From Azolla caroliniana (Eukaryota > Plantae > Polypodiophyta), in assembly GCA_043228905.1 (NCBI GenBank), contig JBHGNT010000012.1:16802001-16866000 (forward strand): DNA of 64,000 bases, given 5' to 3'. Below are positions 12,438 to 26,700 of the stretch, piece by piece. Numbering within the stretch: the stretch's first letter is position 1; each line of letters begins with the position of its first letter. A program made the position numbers and the translations under genes. The notes under the pieces were generated by a model. That model was not told where the DNA came from. It saw nothing but the letters and a program-made list of their open reading frames with translations, and searched no databases.

Positions 12438-13284
12438 TGTCGGGGTAGTTGTGGTTCGTGCGGCGAAGTCGTAGGGACTAAGGTTAAAGGAAGTTGACTA
12501 TATATTTTATAAGGCTTGTGCGTTGATGTTAGAAAGATTAAGGATAGGAAGACAAAGTAATGTTTGTGAGAGAGACGAATATAGATAAAAGATAGAAGCA
12601 AGAGTATGATATGAACATGATTTATATTAAGAAAACAAGATTTTACCAACTTTACAATGCTTGATAACAAGATGAAACCCTTCTCTACCGACTCTTGATT
12701 TGAACCCTCGACTTCAACTCCGAGAGACAAGACACTTCCCCAAATGAGCTAGCTTCTTTGCTTAATAAATTGTTTGATTTCTTACTTTCTCTTCCTGATT
12801 ACCCTGTTTTCCCCTTTTCCCTCTTTTTATAAGTATTGTCATGCATATGGTAATGTGTGGGAGCATGGCATGCATGTAATGCATGAGTTATATGTGATGC
12901 ATGATCGCCATTTGGCGCACATGCATTGCATGTGATGCATGATAGCCATCATGCTTATTTGAGCTCCCATGTATGAAAATATATACGAGATAAGTATAAT
13001 GATGGATATAATCTTAAAACAAATAACCTAGCTTAGTGGTGTATGCTTTGTGCTTGATATACAAGGTTGAGGGTTCAAGTCCCTCAATTTTACTTAATAC
13101 AATATTTAAGTTTATTCTTATATAGTGAAGCACATTCTTGACAACATTTCTAAAAACAAATAGCCTACCCTAGTGGTATATACATTGTGCTTGGTTTATA
13201 AGGTTGTGTGTTCAAGTGTTTGAAATATTATTGAATTCAATATTTAAATTTATTTTTATATCGTGAAGCAAATCCTTCACGACA
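12438..13284 (-). mobile_element. Solo LTR (~847 bp) inserted in the integrase
   Basis: TGTCG...CGACA ends; minus-strand start TGTCGTGAAG is identical to the 10451 LTR. TATAAAA on the minus strand at ~12831. Flanks GCGT/ATGC are compatible with a decayed 4-bp GCGC TSD. Integrase resumes at 13285. Confidence 0.8.
13029..13222 (+). other. Two tandem tRNA-like cassettes in LTR U3, antisense to the LTR
   Basis: Copy 1: TAGCTTAGTGGT...GAGGG-TTCAAGT-CCCTC (perfect T-arm). Degenerate copy 2 at ~13166-13222, within a ~140-bp duplication. Confidence 0.75.
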
Positions 13285-14339
13285 ATGCATCCTCAAACCA
13301 ATGGACATACTAAGATGCTTAATCAGGGCATTGAAGACTATATTTGTTGTTACATCAAGGCATATCAATCAAATTGGGTGGAGCATGTTGACATGCTTGA
13401 GTTCTGCTACAACACAACTATCCACTCAACAACAGATTTCTCTCCATTCAAGCTATCAACAGGCAAAGAAGTACTCACGTCAATTGCCTTGTTACATACT
13501 ACTAACAAAACACAGGCAGAAGGGTTGGATGCAGCCAAGTTTTTAGAAGAATGGAAGGAGAGAATGCAAGCAGCACAAAGTATCAGATGATTAATCGGGT
13601 TAACAAGAAATGTGAACATGTGGAGTTTTCCCCAGGAGACTTAGTATTAGTCAGTGCGACTAATTGGCCGTTACCTCAAGGTCTCACACCAAAGTTCAAC
13701 CACAAATACTATGGCCCATACAACATAACAAAACAAATCAATAGTTCTCCTACAAATTGCAACTACCATAACCTCCAAAATCAAGATGTTTTTCATGTCA
13801 ACCTACTAAAGCGTTTTCATGCAAATGAAACGTGCGGTCATGAGACAACCAATAACATGCCAACCACATGTCATATTAAAGACAAAAGTTCGTAGAGCGA
13901 GAAGACACTACTTGATCAAGTGGCAGGGGCGATCATTGGTGGATGCTACGTGGGTTACTGAGGAGGCACTATGGCAAGCAGGTTTCGAGTGGTTAATGGA
14001 GCCACTAAACCATCCAAATTCTTAAAGGAAAACCATAGCTAACACGAGGGCTAAATGTGGCCACCATGCATTAGTTTTGTGGTCGAAACTCTCATCCCTG
14101 GCGGGAGAGTGTTACATCTGTTAGGTCTAGACCTAAAATAAAGAAACTGTTATAAATAAAGAACCTTAGAAGTACAAATGATTCAATTAGTGAACATTTG
14201 AGATTCCCATGATTCCTATTTAATAGGAGTCTATTTTCCTCGAGGGGCAAACCCAAATTTGGGAACTTATTGAACTTTTGTAATTCGTACTTTAATTCAA
14301 CGATGTTTTTTTAGTTAATTCATGTTGGTGGTGGTAACA

Positions 14340-14570
14340 AAATTAATACACTATTAAGAAAATAATAACAATATGTTAACCAAAAACCAATAAACCATTA
14401 AAACAAACCACTTAAACCAATAAACCGATAAACTCGAGTTTTAGAACTAAATCAATTCAGCCATTTAATAATAATTTAACCAAACCAAACCATGTAATTA
14501 TCTTGGAATTGATAAACCATTAAACTATTGCTTAATGGTTCGGTTTGAACCTAAATTGGGCCCATAGTTA
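14340..14570. mobile_element. Partial copy of an AAACC-rich non-autonomous DNA transposon
   Basis: Similar to 60110-60312 (AACCAAAAACCAATAAACC...AAACCGATAA...GGTTTGA...GCCCATAG). Confidence 0.55.
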
Positions 14571-17500
14571 TCCATGAGGATCAATCATATGCTCTTGCAT
14601 TCACCATCTCTCTTTTCCATACTTTATCAATGAAGAAATCCTCTTCCCGTGAGAGCTTCTACCACACATTGCCCCATTCATACCCTCTGTGAGGATAATA
14701 TTGTCAAATGTGAGGGAAAGCAAAGGAAGTCATTCAATCATGAATGTAGAGCATCTCTCGAATGCATCTCTTTCTCCCACGCTTATTATAGACTTGCTCA
14801 TTCCCTACAAAATTTGTAGAGAGACTAAGTGCTTCTCATTCTCATAGATTTCCTAACCGAAGGTTTGGGAAGCACTTTTGACTATTTCGACAGATTCCAT
14901 GCGCCCTATCTAGCAATGCCTATTTTCTCCAATGGACAAGATTTTGGGCACTCTAGACCATTTGGGGCCCACAATAATAAAGTGTTTGATTAAACCAACT
15001 GCATGGAGTTAGCTTCTTTAAGCAATCCTTTGGCAATCTCTGTTTGATTGTCTGCAACTTAGAGACATCACACAACAAATTTACACTCTTTACTTTGAGT
15101 GTCTAATCGACACTTGTATATTTCTCTTTCTTCTTTGTGGGTTTTCACCTCACTTCGAGGTTTCCCACTAGTAATAAAAGTGTTACTAAAAAACAAACTC
15201 TTGAATGCATCATGTATCGTTACTATATGATCTCATATGTCTCCTTGATGCCTTTTCTTCTACAATCTCAAATATCAAACATGTGGGTTTGTGGGTCTTT
15301 TGTTAATGAATGAATTACACGTAAGCCTTTGTTCCTTTTTGTGATGCTTGCGATGTGCGTTCGATTGTTTTAGGTATTTTCATGCTCGCATATCTTCCTC
15401 AACAGTGTTCCTCCTCCATGTTGATGTCGAGGTAGGAGGATTACTCAATTATCGACAATGTGGGAAAGAATGGGGGTTAATAATTCATTAGCCATTACCT
15501 ACGTGATGAGCTCGTCCCTTTAATCTTAAAGCTCTAATGAAAGACTTCATTAAGAATCAAATGAAGTTGCTCAGTAGACTTAACTACACATTTATGTATA
15601 TTAAATGTAAAGATAAACATTGTGCTTCAATTTGTTATAATGAATGCTCAAAGAGTTCATATATAAAACTTAAGCATTGAGCAAAAATGAATAGTATAAT
15701 GAAATAAATTAATGATAGGGAGAGGGGCTTAGTTTAAATGCTGAGAAAACGAAGGAGGAACTCAAAAAAGTAAAAATAAAACGTCATTTTATACTCGTTC
15801 GCAATGTTTAACCATTTTCGCACTAGATTGGCCAGAAGGCCGTATACCCTAGCTTTTTATTTGTTGTCCTCTTTTCCTTGCACATAATCTTGCATCATTT
15901 GTACCATACCAACATCGATGTCATTCAAAAGTATGGAGCATGAAGTCTATGACAAGCACTTGAGGGATTGGGGGAGACATGAATATATATTGTCACAAAA
16001 TTTTCATGATATGTATAATGTGATGTTTGAGATAGGCTTATGTGAATGTATGCCTTGACTCCATGCTAGACTCAAGGCTTGTGTGGGCATGCATAAGATG
16101 CCAAGTAAATAAATAATGGCCCTAGATCCTCACTATGATCGAAGGTAGGTATGTTGATGCAAGCCTTTGTGAAGGAATATATATCGTGAATGTTTGGTGC
16201 AATATGGGACATTAGAATTGGGGCATTTCTTACATGCCCACTAGCATTGTGGTCCTTTGAATGCAAACACAAAGTAATGAAGCACCTAATGGATAAATAT
16301 AGTTAAGATATCCAAACAATTTTGTGCTTTTGTTGGTCACCTTTTAGATGTGATGAAATACACTATGTTTGAGTTGGGCATTTGAGAATGCATTTAAGAT
16401 AGCAAACAAGATGGCCTTATATCCTCCTCTTCTAGATGTGACGATAATGTGACTCGTGAGGGTAGTTTATGATACTAGAAATATTTTAATGAATATCTTA
16501 AGCATTTCGATAAGATATGTGATGGCATCAACACTTAGGTATCGATCTATCATCATTCTATGTCTCACATGTAATATATTCTTAATGTTCAAGTTTAGAA
16601 CCTATTGAGTTGGCCATAAACGTGATGAGCATCAACCTTTGCACGCTACAACGCATGATAACATCAATTATATGGTTTTCACACATTACCTTAAATAAAC
16701 AAGTTCTTACATGTTGACAATAGATTGTAAAAAATTTGAAACTTACTAACTCCTATTAAAAATTAGGATCCATCGTAAACCATAATATAGTAAAAGCCTC
16801 TTGTATTTTAAGAAGGATGTCATTTTTAAAGTTATGAATCACGATTATTGTTGCAGTGCAAATATTAATGGTGGGGAACCTCAAGATAAGGTAAAAACTC
16901 ACTAAAGAAAACGAAATTATAAAATATCATAACTCACACTCAAAGGTAAATTATAATTAAAGAGATTTTTAGAAATTGCATACAATCATAAAGAGACGAT
17001 CTCAATCAGGATTCAAAGAACTAAAAGCCATAACTAGGCGGTTGACCAATTACCTAGTGATTTCAAAATATCCAAATGGTCCTTGTTGGATGAATTGATT
17101 CATTGAAGAAATGGTGGATGTTTATAGCTTTTAGTAAAGTCAGGATGGCACAATTAATCTAAAATGGTTAATGATGTTTAAAAGAGAGGCTATCAAAAAC
17201 TTTGTCTCTAGATACATGGATTTTATGCTACATCCACTTGGAAGCACAATGGTTCAAAGTAACCTTGAAACGAGGAAACCTTCTCTTACGTCTTTCTTTC
17301 GAGGGTTATATTGCATAACATGCCTCTTACACTTCCATGTCTTTTTATCTTTTAAATTCATCATACTTCTGTTACAAATCTACTAGTCATTCTTTATGAC
17401 CCTTTAACTTCCATCTATATTTGGGAGGGTAAGAGATATTGTAATTAATTTATAAACTGTTACCTATACATAATCATCTTTTTCCAGACAAAGCATGTCT

Positions 17501-19089
17501 TGACTTATTGACTTGCTCAATGCGAACTTCTTTTCATTAAAACTCCATTTAAAACATGGAACTATTTTATATCACGTTTTACACGTGGTGCACCCAAAAT
17601 GTTGGGGTTCCTTCTAAACATTGTCATGAAAATGGGGATCTAACCCATCCTAATAGATTGACTCAAGAATATCTACAATGAAGCATCAAGCTTTCATTAA
17701 TGAGCTTGGTCTAAAGGAGCATCCATTATGTACCATTACAAAATCCTCTTGCATTATAGCAATAGCGTGACAAGGTTATGACGTCTTAGCATAGGATACA
17801 TCTCACTAATCAATTAAGATAAGATGGAAGTACCAGTCAGAATATATTGTAAGCGTACCTACGATCCAAGTAATATGTGTCTCTTGTCCAACATACATAC
17901 ACATACACTTGTTTTAGCAAAGCACAATAAAACATTTTTTACATATCAAATTAGAAAGGGCATTCACACACATAGAAAATGCCGAATTTGACAACAATCA
18001 ATGCCAATTTCACAAAGTCCGACACTCATCAATTCCAATCAGACAAAATTTCACCACCATCAATGCCAATTCGATACAACTTGAGAATCATCAATGCCCA
18101 TCTCATAACATTCATATTAAAGTGCCAAAATTTGACAAAAAACACCAATGTTAAACGTTAGCCGGCTTTGATATCCAAACAAAGTTATAAAGGTAAAACT
18201 TTCAAGTTTTTCTCGTCATGTTGAAAGGTAAAACGTAAAGTTCACACGCATCAAAAAAGTTATGAAGCCGCATTGTCCGCCGAATTGTGGAACTAGGACT
18301 CGTAGGTGGTCACGTCAAGTTTCTTCCTTTCATATCGTGTAATTTCGTTGTAGCATGTCAATAACTGCATGAATACACTCGAATGTATCACCATCGAAAT
18401 AGCAAACCAATACATCTGCAGCTTGTCCATGCACGATGCACATGCACATGAAAATGTATACATATCTATATCTATAACATTCATGTGCACAATCCTACAT
18501 TTATACATACACATACATGTAGTACTCACCCTGCCCTTGATATATTTGACTTATTCCCCTCGACAAAAACTCAATATACACCTTATGTTCAAAATCAAAT
18601 TTGTTCACAAAATGATTTGATCATCATGACCTAATTGCAACTACTAATGAAGTAGCATCACGATTATGATTGCAATTAGCATGACTAATTCACATTACAT
18701 TGGTTATCAATTGAACTACAAAGCATTACTTAATTATGACACACATTACGTTATTACCCCTCTCTTTTTCTTGTAACATAACTAGGAGAGGGATCATAAC
18801 TTGCATTGATCTAAATCAACTAGTCCCTAATTGAATATTGGAAAAATAGGATTTATGTAATGTACGTGTTGTTTTTTACGAGGGTCAGAAGCCAAAGGTT
18901 TTTAACAACCAGGAGCACGCCTTTCCCGAATCTCGGCGAAGCTTGACATTTCTGTCCAGACGAGTTGGGATAGACTTACATTCTGCCATCCCGGTAGAGA
19001 GACTAATATTACCCTCTCCTACAAGGGGGAGTATTGACATGTTCCTTGCGGTGAAAACCCATCAAAGAATGATTAGAGCGGAATGACTC

Positions 19090-20128
19090 CATATACATAC
19101 ATGTATTATGCACATACATTTCTGTACATGTAAAATGTGTCTTTGAGAAATACCATACCCCTACACATACACTCAAACTTCCATTCTAGACACACACACA
19201 CACACATGTTTACATTTTATATCTTCACACATACATATATACATACATTGCTAAACACAAGTGTGTGCAAGCTGAGGCATAGATCGATTTTTATCCATGC
19301 AATGCATTCATGCTATGTATGTATGTATATTTATGTATGCACAATGAATGCATGCAAGGAGTAGAATGATGTAACAAAGGCATGGTCCATGGATTGTGTG
19401 TGTGTGTGTGTGTGTGTATGAAAGGACTCTGGAGTGTAAGATGGTATGCATGTGTAGTGGATGCATAGATTGTATGATGCATGATGGCATGGCATGGCAT
19501 GGCATGTATGAAACTGTATGTATGTATAATGAAAAGCATGGATGGTATGTGTGTGTAATGATGGAATTTGATGTATAGTGGATGCTGGGGTCGTAACAAT
19601 GTATGGTAATGAATGGTATGCATTAAGTCTTTGTATGTGTGCAATGGATACATACCTACATACGTGGACTGTGATGATGTATGTGTTAATGGTGTATGTA
19701 TGTATGTACTGTAAGCATGTGTGTATGTATGCATCGATTGGAATAATGTATGCATGTATGTATGTATGTGCATAATGAATGAAAGAGTAGATTGGAATGT
19801 ATGTAACGCATGCATGCATAATGAAAGAGTTTGTATTTATGCATGCATGCATGCATGCATGCAATGTATGTATGCATGTGTGTAGTATGTATGCATGTTG
19901 TATGCAAGCATGTGTGTATGTATGCATGCATGTGTATATGCAAGTGTGTATGTATGTATGCATGTGAGTATGTATGCTTGCATGTATGGGTACATGTGTG
20001 TATGTATGCATGCATGCATGCATGTATGGCCATGCTCTGTTCTGCAACCCCATCACCTCAAGACATTTCAGAAGAAGCAGAGAGCAGAGCAGAGAGCAGA
20101 GGTACCACTTTACACACACACACACACA

Positions 20129-20164
<36 letters not shown>

Positions 20165-20165
20165 T
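19090..20165. repeat. Compound (TATG/TGCA/TG/CA/CT)n microsatellite block upstream of HIPP
   Basis: Directly visible low-complexity tracts. Confidence 0.9.
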
Positions 20166-20466
20166 TCCTTCTTTTCAAAGCAAGACAGTCTCTTTTCCTC
20201 TTCTTCCCCATTTCCATCTTCTTCAGTTTCATACCCTCCTCCATCTTTTGCTTCTTCAGTTTCATCATCATCATCATCATCACCACCACCACCACCACCA
20301 TCATTTTCTTCAGTTTCAATCCTCTTCATCTTCTTCAGCTCAAGACTTCTCTTATTCCTTTCTGTCTTTCACCTTTGCTTTTAGCATTTTAGCTCTCTCT
20401 CTCTCTCTCTGTACTTGTTTGTCTTTGCAATTTGTCCCACACCTCAACTATGTGCTAAATTAAGAC

Positions 20467-22116
20467 ATGGCCAACAACAGCAAACCTGCAACACCTATAA
20501 TAGAGGTTTTTTTTTTTATATTTCATGTTTGAGACATATATTTATCTCTTGCTCCTTGCTTCTACCCTCACATGGTTTCCCTTTTCTTTCTCTTCTTTCG
20601 TTGTGTTATATGTTGTTCTACAGGCCATTCATCTGAGAGTCCATATACATTGTGAAGGATGCAAAAAGAAGGTGAAAAAAGTTCTCAACAAAGTTGAAGG
20701 TATGTGGTTCTCTCTCTCTCTCACTCTCTCTCTCTCTCTCTCTCTCTGTATGTCTCTGTGTGCATATATGTATGCATGTGGAAGTTGTATGTAGCATGTA
20801 TGTACATTTGAGAGCGCTATTGCAGCATTGGAGGGACTTCATATCTGCATATAATTACATGCAAATACATTGTATTTACACTTATATGTGTATGCATCTC
20901 TGTGTAAATGCAATGTATGTATGTATGTATGCATATGGGTACATTGTATTTACACCTATATGTGCTTGTATCTCTGTGTAAATGCAATGTATCTATGTAT
21001 GCATATGGGTTATGTATGATAATAGAGATAACACAGTGCCTCCTCCCCTGCTCCTTGTTTTGGTTTGCAGGGGTGTATACAGTAGATATTGATGCAAGTA
21101 TTAGCAAGGTGACAATCACAGGAACTGCAGATGCTAAGACATTGATCAAAAAGCTAGAGAAGGCTCATAAGGTTGTTGAGCTATGGCCCACTGTAGAAGC
21201 TCCACCTGGTCATGGCTTCAAAGGGAGGGAAGATGTCTTTAAAGGGAAAGGAGAAGGTATTATGAAAGGAAAGGAAGATGTTCTTAAAGGAAAAGAAGGT
21301 GTTATAAAAGGAAAGGAAGAGGTTGTTAAAGGGAAAGAAGAGGTGGTCCAACAAGGTAAGGTAAAAGAGGTTAAGGAAGAGGGGGAGGCCAAGCTATTAA
21401 AAAAGCAAGAAGAACCTGAGCAAAAGCAAAGACAAAATCAAAAGCAAAATCAAAATCAAAATCAAAATCAAAATAAAAAACAGGATCCAGCTGCGTTGCA
21501 AGCCAAACAGGAAGAGAATGCAGAAGTTAACCAGAAGAAAGAAGACGACAATGGCGCAAAAAAAGCCGCGGAAAATGGTAACAAAAGGAACAACAATAGC
21601 AAGAGAAATAATGCAAGTGGTTGCAAGAAACCTAATGGTGGGGATGGTGATGCTAATGTCAACAACAAAAGCATGGCCATGGACAATGCGATCAAAGGCA
21701 TGGAGAAGAAGAACACTAGCAATGGAGGTGTGGATGTGGAAAGCAACCTCAAGAAAGCTGAAACACTAGTGGATGAACCAAAAGCAAAAGCAGGAGGGGC
21801 CGAGGAAGCAAAATCAAGGTCTGACACCATCCCGAAGAAAGGATCGTTGCCATTGAGGCCAGACAGGGCAGGCGAAGGAAAGAAACCCGAGATGGTAGTT
21901 GTGGAAGAAAAGGGTGATGATGGTGATGGAGTGTTTGCAAGTAGCAGCAGTAATACTAATAGCCCTTCACATATGAACAAGCATGTGGCTCCTCCCCCGA
22001 TGGTCCTTGTTGAGACTAGCCCCGAGTATTTCGTGTCCGAGATGGGTTCAGCTGAAGAGTATGCTACCCACATGTTTAGCGACGAAAATGCGAACAATGT
22101 TTGCATAGTCATGTAG
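20467..22116 (+). CDS. HIPP: Heavy-metal-associated isoprenylated plant protein (HIPP), ~386 aa, 3 exons
   Basis: Exons 20467-20505, 20624-20699, 21071-22116 with GT-AG introns in consistent phase. HMA domain LRVHIHCEGCKKKVKKVL..GVYTVDID..KVTITG; C-terminal FSDENANNVCIVM with CaaX box. Confidence 0.93.
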
Positions 22117-22814
22117 ACAAATGTGTGCATGATCTATGTATGTAGTAGTTAGTAAGTATGTAAGCCCTATATGATTGATGAATGTGACTGAAGCCTTTCC
22201 ACACTGGACCATTTAGTTAGATATGCAACAATGGCAGCTAGCTGGCTACCAAGCTAAACTACTGGGGCTCATGTGAGAATATTTCCTAGTATCAATAGAG
22301 GCTAGCTAAGCTAGGTTACCTAGATTTAGCACATATATGTGGAGTTTTTCTTTTCTTTTCTTTTTTACACATGATATATATACATGTACTTAAAATGTAG
22401 AGAAAATTGCAAAGGGAAGAAAGAAAGTCTTGTGTGGATGCATTTATACATAGGTGGTAAAGGCTATATGCTATGCCTACACCGATGGTGATGGTGATGA
22501 TGTTTTTGTTTCTTGGGAATTAGTCCTTTTCTGAACATGCAAGCATGAAAACTGTTCCTTTGCAAAATGTGTATTTCTTCTTGATGTATTTTTATGCTTT
22601 TTGCTTCCTTAGAAAGAGAGTAAATACACATTCATCATAGTGTGTGTGTGTGTGTGTGTATTGGAGTCAAACACAACTTTTGAGGGATGGAACTGAAAAG
22701 CTGTCTGAGATGAGGGATTGATGATCAAATTGAGAAGCTGTCTTCAACTTTGCTGTGTGACAATGATGATCATTGATGATGCATTCTTTTTTTGTAATAC
22801 TACAGGAGCGCACA

Positions 22815-23200
22815 GACATACATACATACACAATGCATACATACATGCATGCATGCATACTTAAATACACACATACATATACATACCTAAATACACACGT
22901 ATATGTACATACATGCATACATGCATATATGTATGTATATACATATATACAAACACACATACACATGCATACATACATAATTCATACATACATACTTACA
23001 TACACACCTATATGTACATACATGCATATATGTATATTTGTACGTATATACAAACACAGATACACATGCATACACATGCATACATACATACACATACATG
23101 CACTTGCCTTAATAGTAAAAGAAAGAAACTTGTTTTCTAATATTCATACATGTGCCTAGCATGTGTATGTACATATTGTGCATGTATATATTACATAATC
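22815..23200. repeat. (CATA/CA/TA)n microsatellite between the convergent genes
   Basis: Directly visible. Confidence 0.9.
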
Positions 23201-23741
23201 TAGTGCATCCACATAAGGATGTGTGATCTCTGACACTCAACAGTATTTATTTCTTCTCAGGACTCATCTTTCTAGGTATATATATATAAAATTTCATGAC
23301 ATGCATAAACATGTACGGATTGCTATGACACAGTAAAACATATGTAATTTTTTGTATATCTGCCATATAAAAGTCACCACAAAGTGTGCAAATAAAGAGA
23401 ATATGTGAGTATGCAGTCATTACATAGCAAAGAGGAGGAAGTGAGAATTTTTGTTTTCAGACAACATTGTTTTTACACAAAACTATACATGGCCATTGAT
23501 TATGGGCTATATACAAAAGAAAAAGAAAGTCCTCTCATAGAGTTCATCTTAAACATAACTCTCGAGAGATGGATAGATATATTATTGATGTCCTCAGGAG
23601 ACCGAACATAACCTACGGGGGGAAAATATTTCATGAATTTGCTGTTACAATGTAGTATCACCAACGAGGGAGAGAGAAAGAGAGAGAGAATCAAAATACA
23701 TATCTACAACTTATTCACCCTCTCTCCTCTATGCAGTCATC

Positions 23742-26700
23742 CTATGGAATCTTCCTACGGCCTTCTCGGTCGAAAACAATGGGTTGACACCTCTTGTCTT
23801 CATTCATCAGACTCGAGCTTTGGAAGTGCGAAACCAATGCAGGTGTTCCTTGAATCCTTGCATATGCTAATGATGCCACCTTCTCACTGTTGAACCTTTC
23901 CCATTTCTTCCCATCCAATAACTTCATTGGACAAAACAGACAAAAGATTGTCATTTGTCGCCTTAACAAAAAAATAATCCATGATCTTTGAAAAAGAAAA
24001 CAGAGGTTGTAAGTTTCAATCAATCAAGCCGGGGTAGAAATTTCATTAATTCATTGCATACCTCATATATGGAGATAATATGCGATGGAGATATCATGTT
24101 GATGAAGGCATAGCCGACATTACAATTGTTCTGGTTTTTGTGGAAGATCAAGTTAAAACAACAGACTGGTGATATTTGAAAAACTAGCTAAGGAAAATTA
24201 CAGATTACAGTCTCCATTACGTACGAAAAACTATATACCTTGAAATCTATTGGTAAATACACGAAGTCATACATTCCTCGATGCGTCTTATCGATCATTT
24301 CTAAAAGCATCTCCACCGTATACCTGTGAAACAATCGCTTTGCTTTCAAACGATTTTTCTTTTTCTTTTTCTTTTTATCTTTCTCACAATAAACAGTTGA
24401 TCAAGATTTCAGAAGCAAATAAGATGTATCGCAAATCTTTCCGAAAAGGATTGCTGTGATGTTCTTTAACAACATCAATCATATACAAAATGACAAGACT
24501 TACTTATTGGGTATGTTCTTTATCATGAGTGTCGTACGAGTATCTTCGCCAAGCAAGATTCTCTTCAAATTAAGCTGATAAACATTTGTTGCGGCGGGTT
24601 GGGGTGTCACATTACTTTCTGTCCTTTGAAGAAACCGTCCGCGTTGTAATACATCACAATTTGCCATGTTAGTTACAAAACTCCCACCACTTTTGAAATG
24701 CAGGGATGACAACAACCCAGAGCTTTCATGATCCAACTTTCCAAAATTCTCCTTCATACCCCCATGTTGACTATAGACAGGGGAGGTAACATTCTTCGAC
24801 ACAGAAAAGGAAGATCTCGATCCCAATGAGCCTAAGCCATAGAGAGGAGTATCTGGTGAGTTTTGTTGAGAATTAAACCCAAATTGCTTCTCAAAGGAGG
24901 AGGGGTTTCCATTTAGAGGGCTGAGATAATGTTGATGCAAAAAATGCAAATTTGTATTCATGGACCGGTTTCCATAACCAAAACCTTGAGGTTCACTAGC
25001 ATGTTCCATGGTATGCAAAAAGCTACGAAATGTTGGGGAATCCGTTATGTTTTCAGTGTTATTGAAAGGGGGCTGTGATTTCACAACCATTGGGCTATTT
25101 GTCCCGACACCGCTCCATGTTCTTGCTGAATATCGATGCGATCCACTCTCCAGGGAGTTCCCTAATTTTTCCCAAGGACCTATAGATACAAGCAAACCTT
25201 GTCTGGGTGTTAGAAATTCATCGAGCAGATTATTCCATAAGGGCTTATTAATGTATAAAAACTTGTATGATTAGAAAGCCATCAAGCAAAGTGTTGTTCA
25301 ATGTTTAAGTTCAATCAAGTAAGTAAATGGCTCAACTAACCTGGAGAAAATCCAAGAGAAGGTGAAGTTGGTTGTGTATCATATGAACCATATATTCCTT
25401 GCTCCAATTGATCCACATAATGTTCCGGCGAACTGATTCAATGATAATGCAGAGTATTATGCTTAAAAGAGGGAATGTAATCACTGGAACAACAAAGTTT
25501 TGGTCGAAGAGTGCCCAAAGTTTCCAAATACTTATGAGGGTACCCCTATGTAGTAGTACCAAAACATTACAAGGATACCCCTATGTATGCTACCCAGAAT
25601 ACACCCATGCCATACCAAGCAATCATCAGAAATTAGAATACCTCTATGGCAGTACAAAGAGAAAATGATTGAAATTTAAATGGGAAGAATTCACAATAGA
25701 GGGGTATTAGCTGGAGAATTTTCAGAAACTTAAAGATGCATTATTTGTATAGGAGGAAAGAAAATGCAACGAAGATCGAGGGGACCCTATCATACCACCA
25801 CATGAGATTAGAAAAAAGAAAAGAAAAAATAACAATGGGAAAGTGCATCACATACATGCGTAATGAAGTGCCACCGGGGCGACTTGGTTCTAACTTTATA
25901 CATCTTCCTCCAATAACAGCCCTATTCAGTCCTTTCAAGGCTGATTCTGCATCTCGGATGTCATAAAATTCGATGAACCTATGGTGACTTTTATGTGGAG
26001 TTTCACGAATCTACATAAGAAAAAAATACCATCGGTCATTTCCAAGCTAGAAACCTTGGAGAATTCTCCTTTTCTTGTTTGTTCCCCCCCTCCCCCCCCA
26101 TAAAGAGTTGAAACAATAAGACTTGACAATAAAGCCAGCAAGAAGAAACAAATGAAGATATATTTACCTCCCTTACTTCACCATATCTTCCGAATAGCTC
26201 AAGGAGATAATCACTAGATATCGATGCATCTACATTGAAAATGACAAGGGTTCCTTGATTCATGTCCTTATCTGATGGGTTGTCCTAAACATTATAAGAA
26301 CAAAAGAAATTAGCATATACCTGCCTGCTTCGTTTATTTGTCAAAAGATGTATTTAGTACTTATTTCAATTCTTTTCAAGAACGTTCAAAACTCGAACAG
26401 TAAAAAAGACGGTAAAAAACTCAAGATAAACAAAAACATGAGATTGTAAAAGAGAAGTTAAGCTACTCATTTGAAAAAACTGTTTTAACTGTTTCAAGGC
26501 TGTGAAAAATGTTCTTCAAAAAACAAAAGGTAAGGATCAATCAGTATGAAACAATATAAGATATATACAAGACATGCCGAATACATATATAGTATAATGA
26601 AATCTTATGCACATATGAAAACAATTGTTCCATCTTTTGAACTCCATACCTTAGGAAAGGAGAAATGAATGTCAAGCTTTTTGTTCCTTAGTTGTTTGTT

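Larger units (their letters stand above)
11048..14339 (+). mobile_element. Degenerate chromovirus 3' half (integrase, chromodomain, PPT, 3' LTR) carrying a tandem array and a solo LTR
   Basis: VAQLFYKYICKYHGL..STSAHPQTDG..EFCYN; YGPY; HYLIKWQGRSLVDATW chromodomain; PPT GGCGGGAGAG; LTR TGTTAC(14110)...GTAACA(14339). Confidence 0.8.

Noticed and set aside
10090-13222. Functional tRNA genes
   Set aside because: D and anticodon arms do not fold properly and all copies lie inside LTRs; reported as tRNA-like cassettes instead.
14600-17800. Possible CACTA/hAT transposase relic (PLLDELI..VDVY-like at ~17080)
   Set aside because: Too degenerate to support a family call by eye.
19137-20463. Long overlapping ORFs (up to 332 aa)
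   Set aside because: Produced by stop-poor microsatellites; compositions such as MHAC, YI and SL repeats are artefacts.
21468-22130. 220-aa antisense ORF
   Set aside because: Shadow of HIPP exon 3.
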